From an uncultured cyanobacterium (lineage in GTDB: Bacteria > Cyanobacteriota > Cyanobacteriia > Cyanobacteriales > CAWCAG01), in the NCBI GenBank assembly GCA_963803805.1, contig CAWDOD010000011.1:192001-256000 (forward strand): 64,000 bases of DNA, given 5' to 3'. A program made the position numbers and the translations under genes. Below the pieces are notes generated by a model. That model saw only the letters and a list, made by a program, of their open reading frames with translations. It was not told the origin of the DNA and did no database searches. Shown here in pieces: positions 9,503-19,687 of this stretch; positions within the stretch are counted from its first letter, which is position 1, and every line of letters begins with the position of its first letter.

Positions 9503-10465
9503 ATGCAACCCACTGTTAGTTTAATATCCGCTCAATCCTACCAAAAACAAGCACTACGCAACTCCATAGAAAAACTCCTCGAACCATTAGGAGGAATAGG
9601 TGCTTTCGTTAAAAAAGGCGATCGCGTCCTCCTTAAACCTAACTTACTTACTGCTGCCCGTCCCGGCAATGAATCTATCACTCGCCCAGAAATTGTTGCT
9701 TGTGTGGCAGAAATGGTGCAAGAAGTTGGGGGAAAACCCTTTTTCGGTGATAGTCCCGCTTTTGGTAGTGCCATGGGAGTAGCGAAAAACAACGGCTATT
9801 TACCTATGATGGAGGAAATTAATCTACCGATTGTCGAATTTCATGGTCAGCGTTATGCTACCCAGAATGATAATTTTAATCATCTACGACTTTCTAAAGA
9901 AGCTATTAACGCAGATGTTGTTATTAATTTACCCAAAGTTAAATCCCATGTTCAACTAACTATGACAATGGCAGTTAAAAATCTCTTTGGTTGTGTTCCT
10001 GGTAAAATGAAAGCTTGGTGGCATATGGAAGCAGGGAAAGATGCTAACCGTTTCGGAGAGATGTTAGTAGAAACCGCCAAAGCAATTGCCCCAGATTTAA
10101 CGATTATTGATGGTATCATTGGTCATGAAGGTAATGGTCCCAGTGGGGGAGAACCTCGCCAACTAGGGATTCTCGGCGCATCAACAAATGTGTTTGCTTT
10201 AGATAGAGCTTTATTAGAATTGCTTCAAGTTGAACCTGCTTTAGTTCCTACCGTAGCAGCGTCTCAGCGTTTAGGATTATGTCCAGAGTTAGCAGAGATT
10301 CACTTCCCTCACCAGCGCCCCGTAGATTTGCAAGTCTGCGATTGGAAACTCCCAGCAGCGCTATTACCTATAGATTTCGGTTTCCCTCGTATTCTGCGTT
10401 CAACCTTTAAACACTTCTATATTCGCTTTATTAAAGAACCCATGGCAGCTTATTCAGATAAATAA
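9503..10465 (+). CDS. DUF362 domain-containing protein
   Basis: VLLKPNLL, INLPKVKSH, AVKNLFGCVPG and DGIIGHEGNGP motifs. Confidence 0.88.
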   Translation: MQPTVSLISAQSYQKQALRNSIEKLLEPLGGIGAFVKKGDRVLLKPNLLTAARPGNESITRPEIVACVAEMVQEVGGKPFFGDSPAFGSAMGVAKNNGYLPMMEEINLPIVEFHGQRYATQNDNFNHLRLSKEAINADVVINLPKVKSHVQLTMTMAVKNLFGCVPGKMKAWWHMEAGKDANRFGEMLVETAKAIAPDLTIIDGIIGHEGNGPSGGEPRQLGILGASTNVFALDRALLELLQVEPALVPTVAASQRLGLCPELAEIHFPHQRPVDLQVCDWKLPAALLPIDFGFPRILRSTFKHFYIRFIKEPMAAYSDK

Positions 10466-10544
10466 CAGTTGAATAAGTAAATTAAGTTACAAACCCTAAA
10501 AAAACGTTGTTGTAAGCTAAGACAACCCTCCGATTGCTTATATG

Positions 10545-10576
10545 AACCGCCCTCACCACAGCGGCGGTTTTTATTT
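10545..10576 (+). terminator. Putative intrinsic terminator
   Basis: AACCGCC...GGCGGTT stem followed by a T-rich run, downstream of the DUF362 gene. Confidence 0.5.
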
Positions 10577-10797
10577 GGCAAAGTAGGCGGGGGTGCATCT
10601 ATGATGAATTTTGGATTTTTTTAGCTGTTGCGATCGCGGAGTTAGATCGGATTTTTACTCATATTAATGCTAGGCTTGCTGCTCAAAATGCTAATCAGTG
10701 ATTCTGAAATTTTAGGTTGAATTACTTAGTTTGTATGATGCTTCTCAAAATAGCACGGTAATATTATAGATCAAATAAGAGATGCCATAAATCTTCA

Positions 10798-11733
10798 ATG
10801 AATCCCCCATATCCTTATATTTCTCGTAAACAGGCTGAAAAGTTCATAGAAAACCTTGAAAAATCCTTAAAACAGCCTCAAGATAATCCTTTGCTGCACT
10901 ATGCCTATGGAATTGGGGGCATTGGCAAATCAACTTTGCTAGAAAAAATAGAAAGAAAATATGCTTCAGGTTGGCGATGTATCAAAGTTTCTTTTGATGT
11001 CAATTCCCGTATTGATACCCCAATCACATTGATGAAGATTATCAGCAAGGAGATATCTGATCATGTTTGGACTCATGGCAAAACTCCCTTTCAAAAAAAG
11101 TTAGAGGAATATCAGGGAACATTACATAAGCTTGAAACTGAACCAGTTGAAGGAGAATCAAAAGTTAGTAAAGAACAAAAAGAATGGGTTAAACAACTAT
11201 TTAGAGGAGGGGCAAAACTCATTGGTAAGGTAGCTGCTTCTCAAGCTGACGGTGGTATTATTTCATCTGAAATAGTAAACCCAATTTTAAATCCAGCAGT
11301 AGATTTAGCAGTAGATGCAGGAGCAAATAAAATAGAGCGTTTTAAGAAACACCAAGCCATTAAAAATAAGCCAGAATTACAGGAGTTAGTTGAAAATCCT
11401 ATACCTCAGCTTGCTAAGTCTATTATTGACACTCTAATTCAAAATTCCAAGGAAAAGCCCATACTATTATTTATTGATACTTATGAAAAAGCCTCATCTG
11501 ATTTTAATACTTTCTTATGTAAGTTTTTGCTAGCGAATGAAAAGTTACATAAAGCTCCTGTCAGAATCGTTATGGCAGGAAGATACTCTTTATACAGCCA
11601 AAGATATCAGCGAATGTTTCAGCAGCATAACAGTTTGATATCAGAAAAACAATTAGATAAGTTTACTGAAGAAGAAACGACAACTTATCTTAAAGAGATT
11701 GGCATTTTATTACCAGAACTTAGCAAAATTTGA
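10798..11733 (+). CDS. P-loop ATPase (STAND/AAA_16-like); N-terminal part of a disrupted ATPase-TPR gene
   Basis: Walker A YGIGGIGKSTLL, Walker B LLFIDTYE, sensor IVMAGR; the ORF ends abruptly just after YLKEIGI. Confidence 0.75.
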   Translation: MNPPYPYISRKQAEKFIENLEKSLKQPQDNPLLHYAYGIGGIGKSTLLEKIERKYASGWRCIKVSFDVNSRIDTPITLMKIISKEISDHVWTHGKTPFQKKLEEYQGTLHKLETEPVEGESKVSKEQKEWVKQLFRGGAKLIGKVAASQADGGIISSEIVNPILNPAVDLAVDAGANKIERFKKHQAIKNKPELQELVENPIPQLAKSIIDTLIQNSKEKPILLFIDTYEKASSDFNTFLCKFLLANEKLHKAPVRIVMAGRYSLYSQRYQRMFQQHNSLISEKQLDKFTEEETTTYLKEIGILLPELSKI

Positions 11734-12880
11734 AACCAATCAAGATGAACTTGCTGATAAGTATGAAAATCCTGATTGGTGCGAGTATGTTACAGAATCT
11801 ACTTATCATTGTCTATTTGCTAATAAAAATAAAGGACAAGTTCAATTATTAACTCACTTTTTTGAAGGTGCATATCTAAAAAAACCTGATGTAGCTATAA
11901 AATCTTTTACTGCTGTAACTGCCAAGTCAGATTTAGGAGATTATAAGCTTCTACCAGGTAATACGAAAGACTTTCTTGAATCGATTTCATTGGCAATTAT
12001 GTTTGGTTGGATGTTTGTTGATGATCATCCTGATAGTTATGGAATCAATTTAGAATCTGAGGAAGGCGAAATAAAGTCAGAAGTAAGCAATCTTTTTAAA
12101 TCTCAGATTGAATCTGCTTTGGAAAAGTGTTTTAAAGAAGTAGAACGTCTTCAAGGATTAGCAAAGTGTTTTGGTTTGTTTGGTGGTTGCTTAAGAAGTA
12201 AACAACTTAAGCAAAATTTGAATTTATTAAAACAAGCTGAAGAAGAAATAGAAAGATTAGGTACTGATAATTACTCAAAGCTGATTAGTCTTATTTTTAC
12301 CTATTTAGGCGTTACACTTGGTAAGTTAGAAAGATACGAAGAAGCTCTGACTAGCTTAGATAAAGCAATAAAATTAAACTCTAATGATTCAATTGCTTGG
12401 GAAAATAGAGGTGCTGCACTATTACAATTGGAAAGATATGAAGAAGCTTTGACTAGTTATAATCAAGCAATAGACTTGAATTCTGATGATTCAAATGCTT
12501 GGAATTGTCGAGCTTTATTCTTAAGTATTCAAGGTGATTTTGATAAAGCGATCGCCGATATAAATCAAGCCATTAAAATTGATTCAGACAAAGCAATATA
12601 TATTGCAAATAAGGGAATAATTTTAGCTCGTCAAGGTGACTATAATGAAGCTTTGAAATATTGCGACCAAGCCATATCAATGGATGCTAAAAATGAAGCT
12701 TGTTACTATGCAAAAGCTTGTTATTACGCACTGCAAAATGATGAACAGCAAACAATAGAAAATCTCAGCAAATCAATCGATATAGCTCCTCGCAGATGTC
12801 GCTTAGAAGCTAAGAACAATCCTGACTTTAACAGCTTAAAAAACAATCCACAATTTCAAGCTTTACTCAATGGCAATTAA
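11699..12880 (+). CDS. TPR-repeat protein; C-terminal part of the disrupted ATPase-TPR gene
   Basis: Several TPRs (ERYEEAL..) and a typical terminal YYAKACYYAL...NPDFNSLKNNPQFQ; only a TTG start, overlapping the upstream ORF out of frame. Confidence 0.75.
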   Translation: MAFYYQNLAKFETNQDELADKYENPDWCEYVTESTYHCLFANKNKGQVQLLTHFFEGAYLKKPDVAIKSFTAVTAKSDLGDYKLLPGNTKDFLESISLAIMFGWMFVDDHPDSYGINLESEEGEIKSEVSNLFKSQIESALEKCFKEVERLQGLAKCFGLFGGCLRSKQLKQNLNLLKQAEEEIERLGTDNYSKLISLIFTYLGVTLGKLERYEEALTSLDKAIKLNSNDSIAWENRGAALLQLERYEEALTSYNQAIDLNSDDSNAWNCRALFLSIQGDFDKAIADINQAIKIDSDKAIYIANKGIILARQGDYNEALKYCDQAISMDAKNEACYYAKACYYALQNDEQQTIENLSKSIDIAPRRCRLEAKNNPDFNSLKNNPQFQALLNGN

Positions 12881-12945
12881 TTATTAATTCTTTTCTCAAC
12901 TTACCCTAAAAACGATTATGTAAATCTTTCACGCTAAGCAGCAAA

Positions 12946-13089
12946 CCAATAAATAAAATATCCTCTGAAGTATAAGATTTTAGCAACTAGCAACTAACAA
13001 CTAACAACTAACAACCAACAACTAACAACTAGCCATTAGCCATTAGCCATTAGCAACTAGCAACTAGCCATTAGCCATTAGCCATTAGC
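12946..13089 (+). repeat. Heptamer tandem array (TAGCAAC/TAACAAC/TAGCCAT, STRR-like) with a conserved ~35-bp head
   Basis: About 15 heptamers preceded by CCAATAAATAAAATATCCTCTGAAGTATAAGATTT; a related inverted copy lies at 45484-45558. Confidence 0.85.
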
Positions 13090-14679
13090 AAAATTCCTAT
13101 TTTCAATCATCTCTTCTTCCAACGAATCAGCAAGAATTCCTTGTAATAAAGGAGAAAGATTTGTATTTAATTTACCAGCCCGAATAAACTCCGCATAAGT
13201 ATCAGCTTCGATATCTAAAAGTTGTTCTCTTAACTGTTCCATATTTAACTGCCTTAACTGGGGGTGGAGGTTTTGTAGTTTTTCAATTTCTTCCTCCACA
13301 CTGGTTAATTGTCCTTTCACCAAGCCTTGTTGGTAGCGATAAAATTCTGGGTCAATTTCTGGAGTAAGTTTAACCTTAGCTAAATAGTCTAAAACCCGAT
13401 TCAGGGCAACTCGACGGGCGATCGCTTCAGAATATTGTTGACGCAAAGGTTGATCACCAATTAAATCTAATTTTTCTAAGAAGAATTGAGTGGTCAAACC
13501 TTGCACTAAAAGGGTGAATAAAACAACCCCAAAAACTGTATCAATAATCTCTTGCCTACCAGATAAAACCACTGGTACACTTAAAGCCAAGGCAATAGAA
13601 ACAGAACCCCTCAAACCGCCCCACCAAAGTACAGTTTGTTCTCTTAAACCAATTTCGGTTTTAGCTAACCAATTGGTTAAACCTCCTAAGCCGAAAATAG
13701 TTATCCCCCTGGTTACTAATACTGCTGCGATCGCAACCAAAATTAAATCAATGTTGCTACCCAAGCTAGAAAAGTTGATTTGATTGCCGATGAGGAGAAA
13801 GACGATGGAGTTGACAAAGAAAGCGAGGAAATCCCAAAACTCAGAAACCAAAAGGCGAGTACGAGGATTCATACCGATGCGGGAACCGAAGTTACCCAAA
13901 ATCAATCCTACAGTTACCACACCAATTACACCAGAACCCCCTAACTTTTCAGCGATTAAATAAGTTCCATAGGCAGAAACCAGGGTTAAAGATTGTTCTA
14001 CTAAAGGCAAATCAAAGCGTTGAGTTAGGTAGGAGATGCCAAAACCAACTAAACAACCAATGCCAATACCAATGCCAACAAAGGTAAAGAAGCTAGTTAT
14101 CGTGTTAGCCAGGGAAAATTGTTGAGTTCCCAAGGGGATGCCTACCAATAGCAAAAAGGCAACAACCGCCACCCCATCATTAAATAAACTTTCCCCTTCC
14201 ATTAAAATGGTTAACCGCTTACCTGCCCCCAATTCCCGAAATAAAGCCACCACAGAAACCGGATCTGTTGCTGATAAACTTGCCCCAACTAACAGGGAAG
14301 TGGTTAAGGAAAGGTCTGTAAAATAGCTTAAAGCAAAAGCAACCCCCAATACCGAAATCAAAACTCCCATGGTGGCAAATAGAGTCACCGGAAACAGATT
14401 CTCTCGTAACTCTCGCCAACGAATGTTCCAAGCAGCTTCAAAAAGCAAAGGGGGCAGAAATATTTCTAAAATTAGTTCCGGAGAGAGATTAACCAGACGA
14501 ACATCAATAAAAGCCAGGGCTAATCCTACAATTACCAAAAGTAAGGTATAGGGAATTTTGCGAAACCAACTAAAAATCCTTGATACTGTGGCGACGCTTA
14601 AGGATAGACTTAAAACAATTAAAAACTGTTCTAGGCTTTGCTCAATGCTAGCATCGGCAACTGTAGCCTCTAGACTCAT
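13078..14679 (-). CDS. nhaS1: Na+/H+ antiporter, CPA1/NhaP type (NhaS1-like)
   Basis: LEQFLIVLS, FLPPLLFEAA, SATDPVSV, EGESLFNDG and WGGLRG motifs. Confidence 0.88.
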   Translation of the reverse strand: MSLEATVADASIEQSLEQFLIVLSLSLSVATVSRIFSWFRKIPYTLLLVIVGLALAFIDVRLVNLSPELILEIFLPPLLFEAAWNIRWRELRENLFPVTLFATMGVLISVLGVAFALSYFTDLSLTTSLLVGASLSATDPVSVVALFRELGAGKRLTILMEGESLFNDGVAVVAFLLLVGIPLGTQQFSLANTITSFFTFVGIGIGIGCLVGFGISYLTQRFDLPLVEQSLTLVSAYGTYLIAEKLGGSGVIGVVTVGLILGNFGSRIGMNPRTRLLVSEFWDFLAFFVNSIVFLLIGNQINFSSLGSNIDLILVAIAAVLVTRGITIFGLGGLTNWLAKTEIGLREQTVLWWGGLRGSVSIALALSVPVVLSGRQEIIDTVFGVVLFTLLVQGLTTQFFLEKLDLIGDQPLRQQYSEAIARRVALNRVLDYLAKVKLTPEIDPEFYRYQQGLVKGQLTSVEEEIEKLQNLHPQLRQLNMEQLREQLLDIEADTYAEFIRAGKLNTNLSPLLQGILADSLEEEMIENRNFANG

Positions 14680-14823
14680 GCAACGACTCCAAGTAGTTTA
14701 AAATTTAAGTATAATGCTCAATTTTATTACAAGTGCGATCGCTATTTTCTTTCTATCCGTCATCCGTTACTTCATCTGTTTCAGGAGTAGCAGATTGAGA
14801 GAGAAATAGTTTAAATGATACTT

Positions 14824-15602
14824 TTAAACTTCTTTCTGCACATTGCGGACTATTTTCGTCACTAACTTTCTGGGTAAAAACTTAATCAATGCAGCTAAAA
14901 ACTTATTCTGAAAACCAGGTACAATTACCGTTTTACTAGCCATCAAACCACTATAACCAATCTCGGCCACAGTTTTGGCCTCCATCAGATTTGAACCCTT
15001 AAATAACTTCGACTTTTCCACATCAGCCCTAGCTTGAAAACCTGATTTTGTTGCCCCGGACAAAGAACTGTAACCGTTACTCCTGTACCAATTAATTCAT
15101 TTGCGATCGCCTCAGAAAATGATAAAACATAAGCTTTGGTAGCGTAGTAAACTGCCATTAAAGGCCCAGGTTGAAAGGCAGCCGTGGAAGCAATATTAAG
15201 GATTTTTCCTTGTCTGCGTTGCACCATACCAGGCAGAAATAATTTAGTTAAATGAGTCAAAGCAACCATGTTAACTTGCATCATCTCTAATTCTGCTTGC
15301 AAGTCGGTTTCCGTAAATAATCCATAGGTAGCAAAACCAGCATTATTAACCAAGACATCAATAGTAATATTTTCTTCTTGTAGTTGAGAAAAGATAGTTT
15401 TAGGAGCAAAATTAATCCCTAAATCTTGCACAATCACTTTAACTTGACTACCAAACTCATTTTGCAATTTCGCTGCTAAATCTTGTAGCTTATTTTCACT
15501 TCTCGCTATTAAAACTAAATCGTAGCTGTCTTGGGCAAATAACTTACTAAGTTCATAACCAATACCACTAGATGCGCCAGTAATTAAAGCAGTTTTAGGC
15601 AT
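14824..15602 (-). pseudogene. Short-chain dehydrogenase/reductase, frameshifted
   Basis: TALITGASSGIG, NNAG and YYATK. VLCPG continues as ATKSGFQ in another frame; one missing base in the C4 run at 15054-15057 explains the split. Confidence 0.85.
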
Positions 15603-15696
15603 ATTCCATACCAACTGAAACAACCAATGATAGATTTTTAATGTCGCCTGCGGCAACGCATTTGTGAAACGCCAACAATGATAAATGATATCTGAT

Positions 15697-15735
15697 TGTG
15701 GAAAAGCTGTGGAAAAACACCTTTATTTTTCCACA
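15697..15735. promoter_or_regulatory. Cluster of three DnaA boxes (TTTTCCACA) just downstream of dnaA
   Basis: TGTGGAAAA at 15697-15705 and 15708-15716; TTTTCCACA at 15727-15735. Confidence 0.75.
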
Positions 15736-15767
15736 GAGCATTTATACTTAGAGCTTTATCTAAGGAA

Positions 15768-17153
15768 TTATTGTCCAGATAAATTGAGGCGATCGCTTAA
15801 CTGTCGTAGAGTTCTATTCAAGTTAGCATCTTTCTTTTGTAGCTGAGTGATTTTTTCACAACTATACATAACTGTCGTATGGTCTTTGCCCCCAAACTCT
15901 TCACCAATTCTAGGCAAACTTAAATCAGTATGTTGTCGCATCAAATACATCGCAATTTGTCTAGCTGTACTAATTTCTCGACGACGGGAACTACTTTTGA
16001 GATCCTCAACCGGAACATTCATTGCCTCAGCCACGGTGTGCAAAATTGCCTCTGGGGAAACAGCCACCTTTTCCACAGGAGGATTCAAAATAGGGGCAAT
16101 ATTTTCTACCTGCATCGGTAAACCAGAAATAGAAATATAAGCCACTGCCCGAATCAAAGCCCCTTCTAACTGGCGAATATTAGAAGTAAAGTTGTTGGCA
16201 ATATATTCAATTACTTCCCTGGGTAAACGCATCCGTTCATATTCCGCCTTTTTTTGGAGGATTGCCACCCTAGTTTCAAAATCCGGGGCTTGAATATCAG
16301 CAATTAATCCCATCGAAAAACGAGAACATAATCTTTCTTGTAAACTCGGAATCAGATTAGGAGGACGATCAGAAGCGATCACAACTTGTTTTCCTGACTC
16401 GTGGAGGGTATTAAAAGTGTGGAAAAATTCTTCTTGGGTATATTCTTTCCCTTCAATAAACTGAATATCATCCACCAACAATACATCCGCAGCGCGATAA
16501 TGTTCTCGGAAGCTTTCCATACTATCTTGGCGAATAGCAGCAATCAAATCATTAGTAAACTGTTCTGTAGAAACATAAAAAACCTTAGCATCCTGATGGA
16601 TATCCAAGCGATAATGACCAATAGCCTGCATTAAATGGGTTTTACCTAAACCAACTCCTCCACAAAGGAAAAGGGGGTTAAATTCCCTGCCAGGGGCTTC
16701 TGCTACCGCAAGAGAAGCAGCATGGGCCATACGATTATTTGAACCTACCACAAAGCGAGAAAAGACATACTTAGGATTTAACTCGCTAGTTTTTTGATCG
16801 CGTTCACGAAGTGTCTCTGCAAGAGAATCGCCTTCTTCTTTGTCATTAGTAACAGGTATTGACCAAGCAAGATCCTTTTTAACTCCAGCATAAACATTGT
16901 CCCCCTGATCCGTAACAAGTTTAATTTCTACAGGATAACCAAGGATATCTTGCATAGCTTCAGCAATAATCTTAATGTAATACTTTTGTAACCAATTGCG
17001 CGCAAAAGGATTGGGGGCAGCAATAACAGCACAATTATCCTCTAACTTCTGAATCTGAGTCGGTTTAATCCAAGTATCAAAAGTAGGTTGACTAAGCTGT
17101 TGCTTAAGGCTTTTCAGTACTTGCTTCCAAAGCTTTTCCGGGGCTATATTCAC
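15768..17153 (-). CDS. dnaA: Chromosomal replication initiator DnaA (GTG start at 17153 preferred; the ORF extends to 17186)
   Basis: [42 protein letters not shown] and GGKDHTTV motifs. Confidence 0.97.
   Translation of the reverse strand: MNIAPEKLWKQVLKSLKQQLSQPTFDTWIKPTQIQKLEDNCAVIAAPNPFARNWLQKYYIKIIAEAMQDILGYPVEIKLVTDQGDNVYAGVKKDLAWSIPVTNDKEEGDSLAETLRERDQKTSELNPKYVFSRFVVGSNNRMAHAASLAVAEAPGREFNPLFLCGGVGLGKTHLMQAIGHYRLDIHQDAKVFYVSTEQFTNDLIAAIRQDSMESFREHYRAADVLLVDDIQFIEGKEYTQEEFFHTFNTLHESGKQVVIASDRPPNLIPSLQERLCSRFSMGLIADIQAPDFETRVAILQKKAEYERMRLPREVIEYIANNFTSNIRQLEGALIRAVAYISISGLPMQVENIAPILNPPVEKVAVSPEAILHTVAEAMNVPVEDLKSSSRRREISTARQIAMYLMRQHTDLSLPRIGEEFGGKDHTTVMYSCEKITQLQKKDANLNRTLRQLSDRLNLSGQ
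16800..16831 (+). mobile_element. 24-nt SDR5-like element inserted at GCG^ATCGC (HIP1) inside dnaA
   Basis: GCG-TTCACGAAGTGTCTCTGCAAGAGA-ATCGC. Removing 16803-16826 restores HIP1 and keeps the frame; a related copy lies at 60794-60825. Confidence 0.75.
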
Positions 17154-17235
17154 GGTTTTTGCCTGACGATGGGCGAAAGTGAACAATTAAGTAAAAATTA
17201 AAGTAGTTCTTAATTGATACACAAATTTTTTTCTT

Positions 17236-17766
17236 ATGGTTGAACTTCCTGAAATTGCTCAGTTGGGCAATCCTCTTTTACGGCGGATAGCGAATAAAGT
17301 TGAAAATCCTCAAGCTGAAGAAATCCACAAACTCATTGATGATCTTATTGCTAAGGCTGCTTTAACTAATGGTGTTGGTATTGCTGCCCCTCAAATCTGC
17401 CAACCTTACCGCTTATTTATTGTTGCTTCCCGTCCCAATCCTCGCTATCCCCAAGCCCCAGAAATGGAACCTACAGCAATGATTAACCCCAAAATAGTTA
17501 GCCATTCTACTAAAATGGTCAAGGATTGGGAAGGTTGCTTAAGTATACCTGGTATTCGCGGCTTAGTTCCTCGATATCAAGTTATTGAAGTAGAGTATAC
17601 CAACCAAGAAGGAATTTTACAGCGTCTGGAGTTGAGGGATTTTATTGCCCGCATTTTTCAACATGAATTAGATCACCTCAATGGCATACTCTTTGTAGAT
17701 CGTCTCGAAAGTACTCAAGATATGTTTACTGAACAAGAGTACGAGAAGCTAGTTGCTAGTTGCTAA
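17236..17766 (+). CDS. def: Peptide deformylase
   Basis: GVGIAAPQ, EGCLS and QHELDH motifs. Confidence 0.96.
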   Translation: MVELPEIAQLGNPLLRRIANKVENPQAEEIHKLIDDLIAKAALTNGVGIAAPQICQPYRLFIVASRPNPRYPQAPEMEPTAMINPKIVSHSTKMVKDWEGCLSIPGIRGLVPRYQVIEVEYTNQEGILQRLELRDFIARIFQHELDHLNGILFVDRLESTQDMFTEQEYEKLVASC

Positions 17767-17769
17767 TTG

Positions 17770-19209
17770 CTAATTGAGCATTGACAGACGTTTTTTGTCT
17801 AATCCTTTTTGATTAAGTAATAGCCAAGATTGCATCAAATCTGGACCTTGGAGTTCACCTAATAGGGCTGCCCGTAATGATCGCATTAGTAAGCCTTTTT
17901 TAATTTTCTGTTCTTTGGTTACTTGTTTAATTAGTTGTTTAGCATCGGCTTCGGTTAACTCCTCTTTTCTTGCTTCTAATGCTGTTGTAATCGCTTTTAC
18001 TGCTTCAGTTGCCCCTTCTTTTTGCAATTGGGCGATCGCCTCTTCTTTTAAAGAGAAAGCCTGATTAAAAATTTGGCGACTTTCTTCAGCAGCATCGGTT
18101 AAGCGAGTCAAACTGGGGGCGATTAAAGTTGCCAGTTGCACTAACCAAGGACGTTCCTTATCTGCATCAAATTCATATCCTGCTGCTTGCCAGTGGGGAA
18201 TTAATAAATCAACTAATTTTTCCCCAGGAATTTGGTGGAGATACTGGGAATTTAACCAATCTAGTTTATCCCAATCAAACTTAGCCCCCGCTTTATTAAC
18301 CCTGTCTAAACTAAACTTTTCTGCGGCTTGGGAGAGAGTAAAAATTTCTTCGGTAGCATCGGGAGGAGTCCAACCTAACAAAGTCATGTAATTAGTTAAG
18401 GCTTCAGGTAAAAAGCCCATTTTTTTGAAATCATCAATAGATGTTACCCCATCTCTTTTAGAAAGTTTCTTCCCTTCTTGATTCAAAATCAAAGGAGTGT
18501 GGGCAAATACGGGAACTTCAGCACCCATTGCTTCGTAAAGTAAAATCTGCTTAGCGGTATTAGCAATATGATCTTCGCCACGAACAACATGGGTAATACC
18601 CATATCTACATCATCGACTACCACCGCTAGGTTATATAAAGGCTGACCAAAGTCTTCTTGTTCTGAAGTACGGGCAATAACCATATCTCCGCCCAAGTCG
18701 CTACCTTGCCAAGTAACTTGATCCCTAATTTGATCTTGCCAAACAATTTTCCGACTATCATCAATTTTAAAACGAATTACCGGACGACGACCTTCTGCTT
18801 CAAAAGCGGCTTTTTGTTCATCGGTTAAATTACGGTGACGATTATCATAACGGGGGGCTTGTTTTTTCGCCCTTTGTTCTTCCCGCAGTTGATTTAGTTC
18901 TGCTTCTGTACAATAGCAATGATAAGCTAAACCCTTGTCAATTAAAGTTTGGATCGCTTTTTGATATAGTTCCAAACGTTGAGACTGGAAAAAAGGCCCT
19001 TCGTCCCAATCCATCCCTAACCAGGTTAAGCCCTCAAGGATATTTTCGGTAAATTCAGGGCGCGATCGCGATTGATCTGTATCTTCAATGCGTAAAATGA
19101 ATTTACCACTTTGGTGGCGGGCAAATAGCCAGTTGAATACTGCTGTTCTGGCTGTACCAATATGGAGGTTTCCAGTGGGGCTTGGGGCAATGCGAACTCG
19201 AACGGTCAT
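17770..19209 (-). CDS. gltX: Glutamate--tRNA ligase
   Basis: [13 protein letters not shown] (HIGH), KLSKR (KMSKS) and RGEDH motifs. Confidence 0.97.
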   Translation of the reverse strand: MTVRVRIAPSPTGNLHIGTARTAVFNWLFARHQSGKFILRIEDTDQSRSRPEFTENILEGLTWLGMDWDEGPFFQSQRLELYQKAIQTLIDKGLAYHCYCTEAELNQLREEQRAKKQAPRYDNRHRNLTDEQKAAFEAEGRRPVIRFKIDDSRKIVWQDQIRDQVTWQGSDLGGDMVIARTSEQEDFGQPLYNLAVVVDDVDMGITHVVRGEDHIANTAKQILLYEAMGAEVPVFAHTPLILNQEGKKLSKRDGVTSIDDFKKMGFLPEALTNYMTLLGWTPPDATEEIFTLSQAAEKFSLDRVNKAGAKFDWDKLDWLNSQYLHQIPGEKLVDLLIPHWQAAGYEFDADKERPWLVQLATLIAPSLTRLTDAAEESRQIFNQAFSLKEEAIAQLQKEGATEAVKAITTALEARKEELTEADAKQLIKQVTKEQKIKKGLLMRSLRAALLGELQGPDLMQSWLLLNQKGLDKKRLSMLN

Positions 19210-19321
19210 TCAGTGTTTACTAAAGATTGTTGATTAGTGTAGCTAAGTTAAATGTAGAAGATTTTCAGTTAACTTCTCTACTTTTTATTATTTTACGGGA
19301 CTGACTAGGGAGTAAATAACA

Positions 19322-19522
19322 GTGATTACCCAGATCCAACTAAGAAACTTCAAAAGCTATATATTTAGAACTTTGTATCTTGCGCGGCTGACGGTTTTAG
19401 TTGGGGCTAATGCTTCTGGAAAACTTTTAGAACGCTTTGTCAAGGATCATCCAGGGGCTGAGAAAAAGAAACAAAAAGCTATGGAATGGTTGGCTTCTCT
19501 GAGTGGTAGGGGAGAAAGCTGA
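19322..19522 (+). pseudogene. Collapsed remnant of an AAA_21/AAA_15-like ABC ATPase
   Basis: MITQIQLRNFKSY...LTVLVGANASGK (Walker A) is joined directly to a C-terminal-looking tail; only 66 aa. Confidence 0.6.
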
Positions 19523-19525
19523 ATA

Positions 19526-19654
19526 ATGAGTCCAGTCGCAATCGTTGATACTTCTATCTTCTGCAATGTGCTTGACATTCCGCATATGAATGGGGAAAGA
19601 GAAAAAATAATAGAAGAATTGAAGCAATTTTTAGAAAATGGGACAACTCAGTGA
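19526..19654 (+). pseudogene. Truncated PIN-like gene fragment (42 aa)
   Basis: MSPVAIVDTSIFCNVLDIPHMNGEREKIIEELKQFLENGTTQ*, with a PIN-like hhhDTS start, 3 bp after the ATPase relic. Confidence 0.5.
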
Positions 19655-19687
19655 CAGGAACAATCGCCGTCTTGAAGATGCTTTGTT

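Noticed and set aside
12980-13089. CRISPR array or iterons
   Set aside because: Contiguous heptamers without spacers, typical of cyanobacterial STRRs.
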